Source: an uncultured Candidatus Saccharibacteria bacterium
Lineage (GTDB): Bacteria; Patescibacteriota; Minisyncoccia; UBA6257; GWB1-50-10
Assembly (NCBI GenBank): GCA_964466475.1
Contig: CAYXNB010000002.1
Span: 1 to 53,157, forward strand
Direction: 5' to 3'
DNA length: 53,157 bases
In this document: positions 34,667 to 43,643 of the stretch, one piece after another
Position numbering within the stretch: position 1 is the stretch's first letter
How the letters are laid out: each line of letters opens with the position of its first letter
Notes under the pieces: model-generated
What the model was told of the DNA's origin: nothing
Databases searched by the model: none
The model's input: the letters and a program-made list of their open reading frames with translations, nothing else
Translations under genes and position numbers: made by a program

Positions 34667-34847
34667 ACAAATTCACGTAAGGATATACTAAAGAAACGAC
34701 TCAATCAACGTCACGTTATCCACAGAAATACATCAGAAATAAACTCGAAAAAAGAAAGCAGAAATATGGAGTAGTCCCTGTATTCCGTACGAAAACTCCG
34801 AGAAAGGGGATGTAAAAGTTACGAAACTCACCCGAACCAAACAACCC

Positions 34848-35861
34848 CTACTCGTCCCAGGACAACGCCCCGGTCTGGTACTCCGTAACCCGGGTCTCGA
34901 AAAAGTTCTTTTCTTTTTTCAGGTCCATAATCTCGCTCATCCACGGATACGGATTTGCCGCGCCATACGCCTTAGGCAGGCGAATGCGCTCCAGGCGGCG
35001 GTCCGCGATGTATTTTACATATTCATAAATAGTCTCCGCGTTCAATCCCAGAATCCCCTTTGGCATGCAATCCTTGGCATACTCATATTCCAACTCAACA
35101 CCCTTTTTGATGTTTTCAACAAGAACATGCTGGAAATCCTCGGTCCAAATCTCGGGATTTTCAGCGACAATGGCGTTTATAAGATCGGAACCAAAGGCAA
35201 GATGCACCGACTCGTCCCGCAAAATAAACTGAAACTGCTCCCCGACGCCGACCATCTTGTTTTGCCGAAGCAGGGAAAGCATCATCACAAACCCCGCGTA
35301 AAAGAAAATTCCCTCCATAATAACGTAATACCCGACAAGATCGTGAACAAAGCGCTGGATATTTTCCCTGCCCTCGGTCGTAAAGTCGTGATCAAGAACC
35401 GATTTAGTTATCTCAATCACAAAATCGTCTTTCTTTTTAATGCTTGGTATGGAGCTATACATCGTATACACCTCATCCGGATCAAGTCCCAGCGTATCGC
35501 AGGTGTAAATAAAGGTATCCGTGTGCACCGCCTCCTCGTAGGCCTGGCGAAGCAGATACTGCCTGCACTCCGGATTGGTAATATGTCGGTAAATCGCGAG
35601 CACGATATTGTTGGCCGTAAGAGATTCCGCGGTGGAAAAAAAACCCATGTTCCATAAAATAACCCGCCGCTCCTCGGGCGTAAGAGCGTCCCGTGACTGC
35701 CACTGCTCCACGTCTTTCTGCATGTTCACCTCCTCCGGAACCCAATTATTCGCGACTCCGGACTTATAATGCGTCCGCGCCCATTTATACTTCATGGGCA
35801 AAATCTTATTCGGATCCGTAACACTGCAATTCAATATTTTCTTTTCTTCTTGGTTACTCAT
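34848..35861 (-). CDS. nrdB: Class I ribonucleotide reductase beta subunit
   Basis: Di-iron ligand motifs EEAVH and RDESVH; C-terminal tail. Confidence 0.9.
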   Translation of the reverse strand: MSNQEEKKILNCSVTDPNKILPMKYKWARTHYKSGVANNWVPEEVNMQKDVEQWQSRDALTPEERRVILWNMGFFSTAESLTANNIVLAIYRHITNPECRQYLLRQAYEEAVHTDTFIYTCDTLGLDPDEVYTMYSSIPSIKKKDDFVIEITKSVLDHDFTTEGRENIQRFVHDLVGYYVIMEGIFFYAGFVMMLSLLRQNKMVGVGEQFQFILRDESVHLAFGSDLINAIVAENPEIWTEDFQHVLVENIKKGVELEYEYAKDCMPKGILGLNAETIYEYVKYIADRRLERIRLPKAYGAANPYPWMSEIMDLKKEKNFFETRVTEYQTGALSWDE

Positions 35862-36100
35862 AATTCAAAAAATATAACGAAAAATCCCATAACAAGCAAC
35901 AACACAAATACACGATAGGCCGAGGGAGCGATGTTTCGAACGCTTTTCGGAGCGGAGCCGACCATTCTGCGAACGAATAGCGATTTTCCAGGGAACCCCC
36001 GCCGAATAGGCGAGTGGGTCGGAAAATCGCGTATATGAGTGAGCAAAGAATGGTGCGACGCGGAGAATTAGTGAGAAACATTGCTCACTCGAGCCGAAGA

Positions 36101-39100
36101 TCACCCCTCGCACGACTCACAAACCTCCCCTACAACCTGCACCTCTCGGGCCGCTTCGTCAAGCGGCAAAGATCCCGAATGCACTGAAGGACTGCCTTTT
36201 GTCAAGCTAAAATTCGCTGCGTCCGCGATCACTTCCGACGGACGCGCGGAAACCAAAACCGCCTCTCGTTCTTCGCGCGCCGCGGATTTCTGAGACGCAC
36301 CCTCCGCTTTCGAAGCGTCCTCGTATTTCTTGTTAATGTCAAGCGTGCTCTTTTCAATACCCGAGGCGGCGAGCGTCCGGAGATAATACGTGGTCTTAAG
36401 ACCCATGCTCCACGCGGCCATATAGATATCCGAAAGCGCCTTCCCGGACTTAGTGCTGGTAAAAATATTCAGCGACTGGCTCTGGTCAATCCATTTTCCG
36501 CGGTAGGCGGCATGTTTTAAAAGCCATATGGGTTCAACCTCAAACACCTCTTTGTATTTGGCGCGAAGTTCAGCCGGAATTTCCGCAATCGACTGAACGC
36601 TCCCGTCATAATACTTGATACGCAAAAGCATGGACTCGTCCCAGAGGCCCGCCCTCTGCAAATCCTCCACCAGATACTCGTTAATAATGGTAAATTCGCC
36701 GCTAAAGTTCGATTTGGTATAAACATTTTTATAAATAGGCTCGATGGAAGGAACGCATCCGTTGATATTCGCGTTTGTCGCGGTAGGGGCGATCGCCATG
36801 CAGTTTGAATTCCTCATGCCGTACATTCGCACATGTTCCCGGACGGGGGCCCAATCCATCCGTTCGCGAAGGTCCAGATGAGTGGATACGCCGCGCTCCT
36901 CCTCCAGAAGCCGGACCGTATCTACCGGAAAGATCCCGCGATCCCATTTCGAGCCCCGGTACGTCTCGTACGTCCCGCGCTCCTTGGCAAGTTCCGAGGA
37001 ACCGAGGACCGCATGATAAGAAATAAATTCCATAAGCCGGTCGGAAAGATCCACCGCCTCGTCAGAATCAAAGCGCATTTCCATAAGGTACAGGGCATCC
37101 TGAAATCCCATTAGTCCGAGACCTACCGGCCGGTGCCGCAAGTTTGAATACTTGGCCTCCGGCGTAGGATAAAAATTGGGATCAATGACATTATCAAGCA
37201 TGCGCATCGCGGTCCGCACGCTCCGTCCAAGTTCCTCCCAATTAAACTGAGTTCCGGAAATATGCCGCGAAAGATTGACCGATCCCAGGTTGCAGACCGC
37301 GGTCTCGTCGCGCGAAGTGTTCAGGGTGATTTCCGTGCATAAATTTGAACTATGCACCACCCCCGCGTGATCCTGCGGACTCCTCACGTTGCAGGCATCT
37401 TTGAACGTAATCCAAGGATGTCCCGTTTCGTAGAGTTGAGTAAGCATCTTTCGCCACAAATCTCGCGCCCTCATCCTCTTCCAAAGATTAATCCTCCCCT
37501 GGTCCGCGAGCGCCTCATATTCCTCGTAACGCTTCTTGAAGGCGGCGCCGTACATATGGTGCAGATCCGGAGTTTCATCCGGAGAAAAAAGCGTCCATTC
37601 GCCGTCATCGCGAATCCGCTCCATAAAAAGATCCGGAACCCAGTTCGCGGTATTGGTGTCATGGGTTCGTCTCCGGTCGTCTCCGGTATTTTTACGAAGC
37701 TCCAAAAACGCCTCAATATCATAATGCCACGTCTCGAGATACACGCACGTGGCGCCCCTGCGCTTTCCGGATCTGTTTATTGCCGCAGTGGTCGCGTCCA
37801 CGATCTTCAAAAAAGGAATGACTCCCTGACTCCCCACGTTCGTGGATTTGATCATCGCCCCGGTTCCGCGAAGATTCGTCCAGTCGTTCGCCACTCCCCC
37901 GCTCCACTTGGAAAGTTGGGCATTATCGCCCACACACTTGAAAATATGGTGCAGATCGTCCTCCACCGTGGTCAGAAAGCAGGAGCTCATCTGGGGATGC
38001 TTGGTGCCCGCGTGAAAAAGCGTGGGCGTGGAAGGCACATAATAAAGTTGGGACATTACATTGTAAAACTCAACGGCCCGATCCTCGGGATTCGGCTCAT
38101 CAAGCGCCAGCCCCATGGCAACCCGCATCCAGAAGTACTGGGGAACCTCCAGGTGATTTTGGTCGTAATCGCGCAAAAAATAGCGGTCATACAGGGTCTG
38201 CGCTCCCAAATACTTCAAAAACGAATCCCGCTCGATCTGAATGGCATCCTGCAAGCGGACAAAATCAAAATCAAGCATCCGTTCTTCCAGTCGCCCGCAT
38301 TCCACCCCCCTTCGAATGGCGCGCGCGAGCCCCTTGCGATACTGCGCGTCAAATCCCTCCTCAAACTCCGCAAGTCCCAAAACGTCTTTATAGAGATCGT
38401 TAAAAAGCAGTTTTGCGGAAAGATAAGAATACAAAGGGTCCCGCTCAATACGCCCGCGCAAAACCATAATAACGGCCTTGTTGATATCACGGGTCGAAAT
38501 GCCGTCATACAAATTTTTCTTCGCCTCCTCGATAATCTCGACAAGCGAGGTCTCCTCTATAGCGGATCCGAAAACACCTCGCAAAAATTCGGCAATATGA
38601 GAGATGTCAAAAAACGCCTGCGTGCCGTCGCGCTTCTTCACGCGGATCTCGCTCCGCTCGATCTTTTGCAAAAGATCATGCCGTCGCGCCTCGCGCGCCC
38701 GCTCACGCTCTTTGCGGTATAAAATATACGATTTCGAAACCTCAAAAAGCCCGTGCTCCGCTATTTTCCGCTCTACGGAATCCTGCACATCCTCAACCGA
38801 AGGCACGACACCGCGAAAACGTGATTCAATATCCTCCACCACGCGATCCGTAATGGCTCCGACAACAACGGAAGAAACGGAAACCCCGGTCGCCGCGCAA
38901 GCCCGTTCAATCACCCGCTCGATCTTGGCCGGATCAAACTCCACAATACGGCCATCGCGCTTTTTCACCTGCTCCACCCTGCCATCGCGAATAAGGTAGG
39001 CGGCGTGCCGCAGGGCGATCTGCCGATCCCGCTCCTCACGCAATTTTTCACGCTCCTTGCGGTATAAAATATATGATTTCGCGACGTGAAAAAGTCCGTT

Positions 39101-39328
39101 TTCCGCGAGCACCCGCTCCACCGTGTCCTGCACGTTTTCAACTGAAGGAGTTGCCTCCTCGAAATCAGGCTTTAATTTCTGGATCACCTTCCCGGCAAGC
39201 GCGCGCAGCAATTCAGGGGTATAAGGGGTATGGGTCGCCAGGCACGCCTTCTCTATTGCGTGCTCGATCCTCGTCCGATCAAACGATACAACCCGGCCGT
39301 CCCGCTTGGTGATATATTGTATAGACAT
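36101..39328 (-). CDS. nrdA: Class I ribonucleotide reductase alpha subunit with three N-terminal ATP-cone-like repeats
   Basis: Catalytic SSNLCTEI and a C-terminal CESCEG tail. ATP-cone starts are ITKRDGRVVSFDRTRIEHAIEKA, VKKRDGRIVEFDPAKIERVIERA and VKKRDGTQAFFDISHI. Confidence 0.95.
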   Translation of the reverse strand: MSIQYITKRDGRVVSFDRTRIEHAIEKACLATHTPYTPELLRALAGKVIQKLKPDFEEATPSVENVQDTVERVLAENGLFHVAKSYILYRKEREKLREERDRQIALRHAAYLIRDGRVEQVKKRDGRIVEFDPAKIERVIERACAATGVSVSSVVVGAITDRVVEDIESRFRGVVPSVEDVQDSVERKIAEHGLFEVSKSYILYRKERERAREARRHDLLQKIERSEIRVKKRDGTQAFFDISHIAEFLRGVFGSAIEETSLVEIIEEAKKNLYDGISTRDINKAVIMVLRGRIERDPLYSYLSAKLLFNDLYKDVLGLAEFEEGFDAQYRKGLARAIRRGVECGRLEERMLDFDFVRLQDAIQIERDSFLKYLGAQTLYDRYFLRDYDQNHLEVPQYFWMRVAMGLALDEPNPEDRAVEFYNVMSQLYYVPSTPTLFHAGTKHPQMSSCFLTTVEDDLHHIFKCVGDNAQLSKWSGGVANDWTNLRGTGAMIKSTNVGSQGVIPFLKIVDATTAAINRSGKRRGATCVYLETWHYDIEAFLELRKNTGDDRRRTHDTNTANWVPDLFMERIRDDGEWTLFSPDETPDLHHMYGAAFKKRYEEYEALADQGRINLWKRMRARDLWRKMLTQLYETGHPWITFKDACNVRSPQDHAGVVHSSNLCTEITLNTSRDETAVCNLGSVNLSRHISGTQFNWEELGRSVRTAMRMLDNVIDPNFYPTPEAKYSNLRHRPVGLGLMGFQDALYLMEMRFDSDEAVDLSDRLMEFISYHAVLGSSELAKERGTYETYRGSKWDRGIFPVDTVRLLEEERGVSTHLDLRERMDWAPVREHVRMYGMRNSNCMAIAPTATNANINGCVPSIEPIYKNVYTKSNFSGEFTIINEYLVEDLQRAGLWDESMLLRIKYYDGSVQSIAEIPAELRAKYKEVFEVEPIWLLKHAAYRGKWIDQSQSLNIFTSTKSGKALSDIYMAAWSMGLKTTYYLRTLAASGIEKSTLDINKKYEDASKAEGASQKSAAREEREAVLVSARPSEVIADAANFSLTKGSPSVHSGSLPLDEAAREVQVVGEVCESCEG

Positions 39329-39448
39329 GAAATAATAAAAAATTTGAGTGATTATCCGACCTCATACATAGTATATCTTGAAGGCAAAAGAAACGCATGT
39401 GGACAACCCAAAAAAATCCCCTGAAAAGAGGAGGAAAAGGCGTCTTGA

Positions 39449-40369
39449 CTAAAGCCACCGGTTCCGCGCGAAAAGAACTGCGAGAGCAAAGGAAACAGCA
39501 AGCGTAAAAAAGGATATCCCCAAAAACGCGTACGGTGAGTCCGAAAACGGCAGATGCACGTTCATGCCGTAAAAACTCGCGATCATGGTGGGAATGGTAA
39601 GAAGGACCGTAAGCGAAGTAAAAAGCTTGATAACGCGATTGAGGTTGTTCGTCATGATGGTGGAATACGCTTCGCGGATATTCACGATGGTCTTCAGGTT
39701 CGACGTTGAGAGTTCAATAAGCTCGCCCGTGGTCAAAGACAAGTCCTCCACCAAGTCGCGGTCTTCTTCGTATAGCTTCAAACGATTTCCGGAAAGCAGG
39801 TTGGTAAGGACGTTTTTGGTGGGAACCAGGGAACTTAAAAAATCATTCAGCGATGCCTCAAACCGCACAAACTGAATAATATCCCGGTTCCGGATCTCTT
39901 CGAGCCGCACCCCCGCACTCCGGACATCGCGATTGATACGGTTCAGGCTCCTGCGGTACGCGCGGTAAATGCCGGAAAACATCTGAAGAAACAGCTTGGT
40001 TCGCTGAGTGGTATGAAGATCAGCATCGCCCTTGCGAAACGGGGAAAAAAACGGAAGATCTGCCAAAGAAATCGTGACAAGATAATTGTCGCTTATCGCA
40101 AAAAGCACGGGCAAAGTCCGCGTCTCTTCTTCTGCGCCGTGAGGTACGCGGGCAAACACGTAGGAAACGCCGTCTTTTACCTCGAGACGCGGCACCTCAT
40201 ACGGATCAAGCGCATCCAAAAGAATTCCCTCGTCAAGCGAAAGTTCCTTAGCAAGGCTGGAAAGCTCCTGCGAAGTAGGACTCTCCACATACACCCACGA
40301 GCCCACGCGGAACGAATCAAGGGCCCTGGTTTTTTTGTCCTTGACCGTCCTCTGATAAATCTCAATCAT
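39449..40369 (-). CDS. corA: CorA-family magnesium transporter
   Basis: C-terminal FYGMNV motif between two TM helices. Confidence 0.9.
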   Translation of the reverse strand: MIEIYQRTVKDKKTRALDSFRVGSWVYVESPTSQELSSLAKELSLDEGILLDALDPYEVPRLEVKDGVSYVFARVPHGAEEETRTLPVLFAISDNYLVTISLADLPFFSPFRKGDADLHTTQRTKLFLQMFSGIYRAYRRSLNRINRDVRSAGVRLEEIRNRDIIQFVRFEASLNDFLSSLVPTKNVLTNLLSGNRLKLYEEDRDLVEDLSLTTGELIELSTSNLKTIVNIREAYSTIMTNNLNRVIKLFTSLTVLLTIPTMIASFYGMNVHLPFSDSPYAFLGISFFTLAVSFALAVLFARNRWL

Positions 40370-40402
40370 TCGCTGGTAACTAAAAATTAATAATTTAAAA
40401 TT

Positions 40403-40561
40403 TCAAAATATACCCTTTTTCTTCGTGGTCTCCTCAAAAATTCCCCCGAAACATCCGATAAGAAATGCGAAAACTTCGGTTGCGTACAAAAACCAAATAA
40501 CCGGACCAGCCATCAAAACCAGGGTCAGCAAAAAACCCAAAATTCTCGAAAACGATTCCAT
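40403..40561 (-). CDS. Possible 52-aa small membrane protein (below the ORF-track cutoff)
   Basis: MESFSRILGFLLTLVLMAGPVIWFLYATEVFAFLIGCFGGIFEETTKKKGIF has two hydrophobic helices. It fills the corA-ddl gap. Confidence 0.35.
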   Translation of the reverse strand: MESFSRILGFLLTLVLMAGPVIWFLYATEVFAFLIGCFGGIFEETTKKKGIF

Positions 40562-40575
40562 TATATAAAATTATA

Positions 40576-41622
40576 CTATTCAAGCGCCATCCGAATCAAT
40601 CGGTCCAGAAGTTCGGGAAAAGAAATCCCGGCGGCTTTTGCGGATTTCGGAAATAGGCTTGCCGACGTCATGCCGGGCATGGTGTTTGTTTCAAGTACGT
40701 AAAGACGATTCGTCTTGGCCTCTAAAATCATGTCCGTGCGCGAAATATGCCGGCACTTCAGGGCGCGATGCGCCCGAAGCGCCAGATCCTGCGCCTTCCT
40801 GGTAATCGCGGCGGAAAAAGGCGCGGGTACGATCTCATCAACAAGATCGGAGTTATACTTCACCTCGTAATCAAACCACGCCCCCTTTTTCTTCGGCCGT
40901 ATCTCGATTACAGGGAGCGCCTCCTCGCTCAAAACCGGCACCGTAATCTCACGTCCGGAAATAAATTTTTCCACAAGCGCCTCGCCCTTCCGGTCCGCCC
41001 GGAGCGCGGCTTCGATGGCCGCCTGCAAATCCCGCTTCTTTTTTATAATAGCGACCCCGACACTCGACCCAGAATTCATGGGCTTCACAACGCACGGAAA
41101 CGTAACATTCCGGATTTGTTTCGCGTAAACTTCCGCATCTGTTCCGCGCTTGCTAAAAACCCAGTATGGCGCGGTCGAGATTTTCTCCGCGATAAAAATC
41201 TTTTTTGCCATAAGTTTGTCCATGGCAAGCGCGGAAGCGAGGGTATCCGACCCCACAAATGGAACTCCCGCGAGCTCCAAAAATCCCTGCAACGTTCCGT
41301 CTTCCCCGTACGGCCCGTGCATAACGGGAAAAACAACGTCCACCGGAGGAGACCCCGCGCCCGAAATCACCAAAGATCGCTGTACATCCGCTTCTGCCTC
41401 ATTTTTTGAAATGGAAAGCGAAAACTCCTTTTTTGCCCTAGCTGCAAGGTAGTGAAGCGACTTCCCGGGCGAAAGCCATCTCCCCTCCCTCGAGATCGCG
41501 ACCGGAATCACCTCATATTTTGACTGGTCCAAACTCGAAATAACCGAAGCAGCGGAATTCACGGAAACCTCATGCTCCCCGCTTTTCCCGCCGAACAAAA
41601 CGCAAACTTTTATCTTTCGCAT
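40576..41622 (-). CDS. ddl: D-alanine--D-alanine ligase
   Basis: MRKIKVCVLFGGKSGEHEVSVNSA, an ATP-grasp fold, and LETNTMPGMT. Start moved to 41622. Confidence 0.9.
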   Translation of the reverse strand: MRKIKVCVLFGGKSGEHEVSVNSAASVISSLDQSKYEVIPVAISREGRWLSPGKSLHYLAARAKKEFSLSISKNEAEADVQRSLVISGAGSPPVDVVFPVMHGPYGEDGTLQGFLELAGVPFVGSDTLASALAMDKLMAKKIFIAEKISTAPYWVFSKRGTDAEVYAKQIRNVTFPCVVKPMNSGSSVGVAIIKKKRDLQAAIEAALRADRKGEALVEKFISGREITVPVLSEEALPVIEIRPKKKGAWFDYEVKYNSDLVDEIVPAPFSAAITRKAQDLALRAHRALKCRHISRTDMILEAKTNRLYVLETNTMPGMTSASLFPKSAKAAGISFPELLDRLIRMALE

Positions 41623-41641
41623 ATACGTCCTATTGTATCTT

Positions 41642-41693
41642 AAACAGAAACACAACAAAACCACCCGCCGTTCGCTAGGGTGGTTTTGTTGTG
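41642..41693 (-). terminator. Strong 16-bp hairpin terminator downstream of tRNA-Pro and its trailing element
   Basis: cacaacaaaaccaccc (11-nt loop) gggtggttttgttgtg, followed by tttctgttt on the minus strand. Confidence 0.7.
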
Positions 41694-41695
41694 TT

Positions 41696-41908
41696 TTCAG
41701 TCGGGCCGCCGGGAATTTCACTACTCGTCCCTCGCCTTCGCTCGGGACTGCGCTTAAGAAACCCTCGGTTTCTTACGTCGTCCGCCTATCGGCGAACTCC
41801 TATTTTCCGACACGGAGGGAATCAAAGATGCGGGGCATCTTTGATTGGTGGGTCCCCCTCCGACCCACCCCAGTTCAATTCCCGTCGTCCCTCCTTCACT
41901 TCGTTCAG
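41696..41908 (-). mobile_element. Family-C hairpin-rich insertion (about 186 nt plus a 22-bp duplicated tRNA 3' end) directly after tRNA-Pro
   Basis: The 22-mer ttcagtcgggccgccgggaatt occurs at 41696-41717 and 41904-41925. The interior holds at least 5 perfect hairpins. Confidence 0.6.
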
Positions 41909-41979
41909 TCGGGCCGCCGGGAATTGAACCCGGTCTACACGAACCCGAATCGTGCGTACTACCGGCATACTCCGGCCCG
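41909..41979 (-). tRNA. tRNA-Pro (anticodon CGG)
   Basis: Cloverleaf: acceptor cgggccg/cggcccg (C1-G72, A73), anticodon arm cacga-ttCGGgt-tcgtg, T arm ccggg-ttcaatt-cccgg. No CCA is encoded. Confidence 0.8.
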
Positions 41980-41983
41980 AATT

Positions 41984-43486
41984 TCAAACTTTATGCTTCC
42001 TCTTCATCTCCTCCTCTGCCCCCATCTCCTCTTTCGCCACCTTCTCCTTCCCCCGCCTTGCCAATTCCTGCAGCTCCTTGTCCGTCAACTTCCCTAATTC
42101 TTTAATCCTTAATCCTAAATCCTTAACCTTGTTTCGCGCCGGTTCCTCCAAAACCTCATCCATAAGCGCGGACAATATCCATCCTACCTTGGGCGAAGGC
42201 GGAATATCAAGAATCTTCATAATATCATCCCCATTGACCGCAAGCATTTTAGGCGATATAGGGTCCCTCCGCACCTTGTCTATCATAAACAAAAGATGTC
42301 GGATTTTATACGGCTTCGCCTTTGGCACTCCGGACCCGATCCTATCCGCTTCCCGAATTTTCATAAGGTCATCAAGGTGCTCCACCCCAACACGCGCGAG
42401 AAATCTGCGCACCCCGGCGGGCGAAACCTCCCCAACGTTGTAAAAAAACATATGATACCGAACCAAATGAGTTGCCTTTTCTACAACATCGTTTGAAAAG
42501 CGCATTCGTTCAAGCGCCTTCCTCGCCATCCGCGCGCCGATAATCTCATGCCCGTAAAACGTGGAGCGCTTGCCTTCCCCGCGCTTAGAGCGCGGCTTCC
42601 CCACGTCGTGCAAGAACGCGCCAAGCCGGATTTCCAAACCATACCCCTTGCCCGCCGCGTAATCCAAAGCCCGAAGATTATGCTCCCACACGTCATAAAT
42701 ATGGTGCAGATTCTGCCCGCACCCGATCCCTTCCCGAAGTTCCGGAATAATATACTTTAAAAGCCCCAAATCCTCGAGCATCTGCACGCCCCGGGCCGCA
42801 TCTTTGGACATCACGAGTTTTATAAATTCATCGCGAACACGCTCCAAAGCAATATCTTTCAACCCTCCGGAAAACTTTACTATTGCCGCCGCGGTTTCCT
42901 CCTCAATCTCAAACCCCAATTCTGTGGCAAGCCGCACCGCCCGCATGAGCCGCAGAGCGTCTTCGGAAAATCTTTCCTCCGGCCTCCCGACTGCCCGGAT
43001 AATTTTTTTCTTCAAATCACTTTGCCCGCAAAAGATATCAATAATTTTAAATTTTACGTCGTTGTTTTGCGTTTTTCGCTTTTCGCTTTGCACTTCAATC
43101 GCCATCGCGTTTACCGTAAAATCACGACGGCTCAAATCCTCCTCGATTGTTTTCGCGAACCTCACCTCGTCCGGATGCCGCTTGTCCGTGTACTTCCCCT
43201 CCTCCCGAAACGTCGTAACCTCGACAATGTCGGAGTTGTTATTTTGCGCTTTTCGCTTTTCGCTCTGCACTTTCACTCCCACCGTTCCAAATTGATTCTC
43301 ATACACCGAATCAGGAAAAATCTTCAAAATCTGCTCCGGCAAAGCGTTTGTCGCGATGTCCCAGTCCTTGGGCTCCCGTCCGATCAAAATATCCCGCACG
43401 CACCCGCCGACCAAATACGCCTCAAATCCGCCCTCTTGCAAAGTGCTTCCTACGCGTAAAATCTCTTGCGGAACATTGAGTTTCAT
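41984..43486 (-). CDS. cca: CCA-adding tRNA nucleotidyltransferase with HD domain
   Basis: YLVGGCVRDILIGREPKDWDIAT, RRDFTVNAMA and an HD domain (HDVGKP). Confidence 0.9.
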   Translation of the reverse strand: MKLNVPQEILRVGSTLQEGGFEAYLVGGCVRDILIGREPKDWDIATNALPEQILKIFPDSVYENQFGTVGVKVQSEKRKAQNNNSDIVEVTTFREEGKYTDKRHPDEVRFAKTIEEDLSRRDFTVNAMAIEVQSEKRKTQNNDVKFKIIDIFCGQSDLKKKIIRAVGRPEERFSEDALRLMRAVRLATELGFEIEEETAAAIVKFSGGLKDIALERVRDEFIKLVMSKDAARGVQMLEDLGLLKYIIPELREGIGCGQNLHHIYDVWEHNLRALDYAAGKGYGLEIRLGAFLHDVGKPRSKRGEGKRSTFYGHEIIGARMARKALERMRFSNDVVEKATHLVRYHMFFYNVGEVSPAGVRRFLARVGVEHLDDLMKIREADRIGSGVPKAKPYKIRHLLFMIDKVRRDPISPKMLAVNGDDIMKILDIPPSPKVGWILSALMDEVLEEPARNKVKDLGLRIKELGKLTDKELQELARRGKEKVAKEEMGAEEEMKRKHKV

Positions 43487-43532
43487 GCCCCCTCATTGTA
43501 CACTGAAAAGGTTAAGAAGAAGAAATGCGCAT

Positions 43533-43607
43533 GCGCCCGTGGTGAAACGGATATCACAATTGCCTTCGGAGCAATAATTCCGGGTTCGAATCCTGGCGGG
43601 CGCGCCA
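43533..43607 (+). tRNA. tRNA-Arg (anticodon UCG), CCA encoded
   Basis: Acceptor gcgcccg/cgggcgc, anticodon arm attgc-ctTCGga-gcaat, T arm ccggg-ttcgaat-cctgg, then gcca. Confidence 0.85.
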
Positions 43608-43610
43608 CAA

Positions 43611-43643
43611 ACTAAAACCCCCGCCATGGCGGGGGTTTTAGTT
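43611..43643. terminator. Bidirectional hairpin after tRNA-Arg and the convergent 759-aa gene
   Basis: actaaaacccccgc catg gcgggggttttagt. Confidence 0.7.

Noticed and set aside
34173-39406. Chromosomal origin of replication, inferred from DnaA boxes
   Set aside because: There are only three boxes spread over 5 kb, with no cluster, no adjacent AT-rich unwinding element and no dnaA or dnaN in the window.
41873-41885. A second, plus-strand tRNA suggested by gttcaattccc inside the tRNA-Pro-linked insert
   Set aside because: The flanking bases cannot form a T-stem or an acceptor stem. It is an inverted partial copy of the tRNA-Pro T-arm, not a tRNA.
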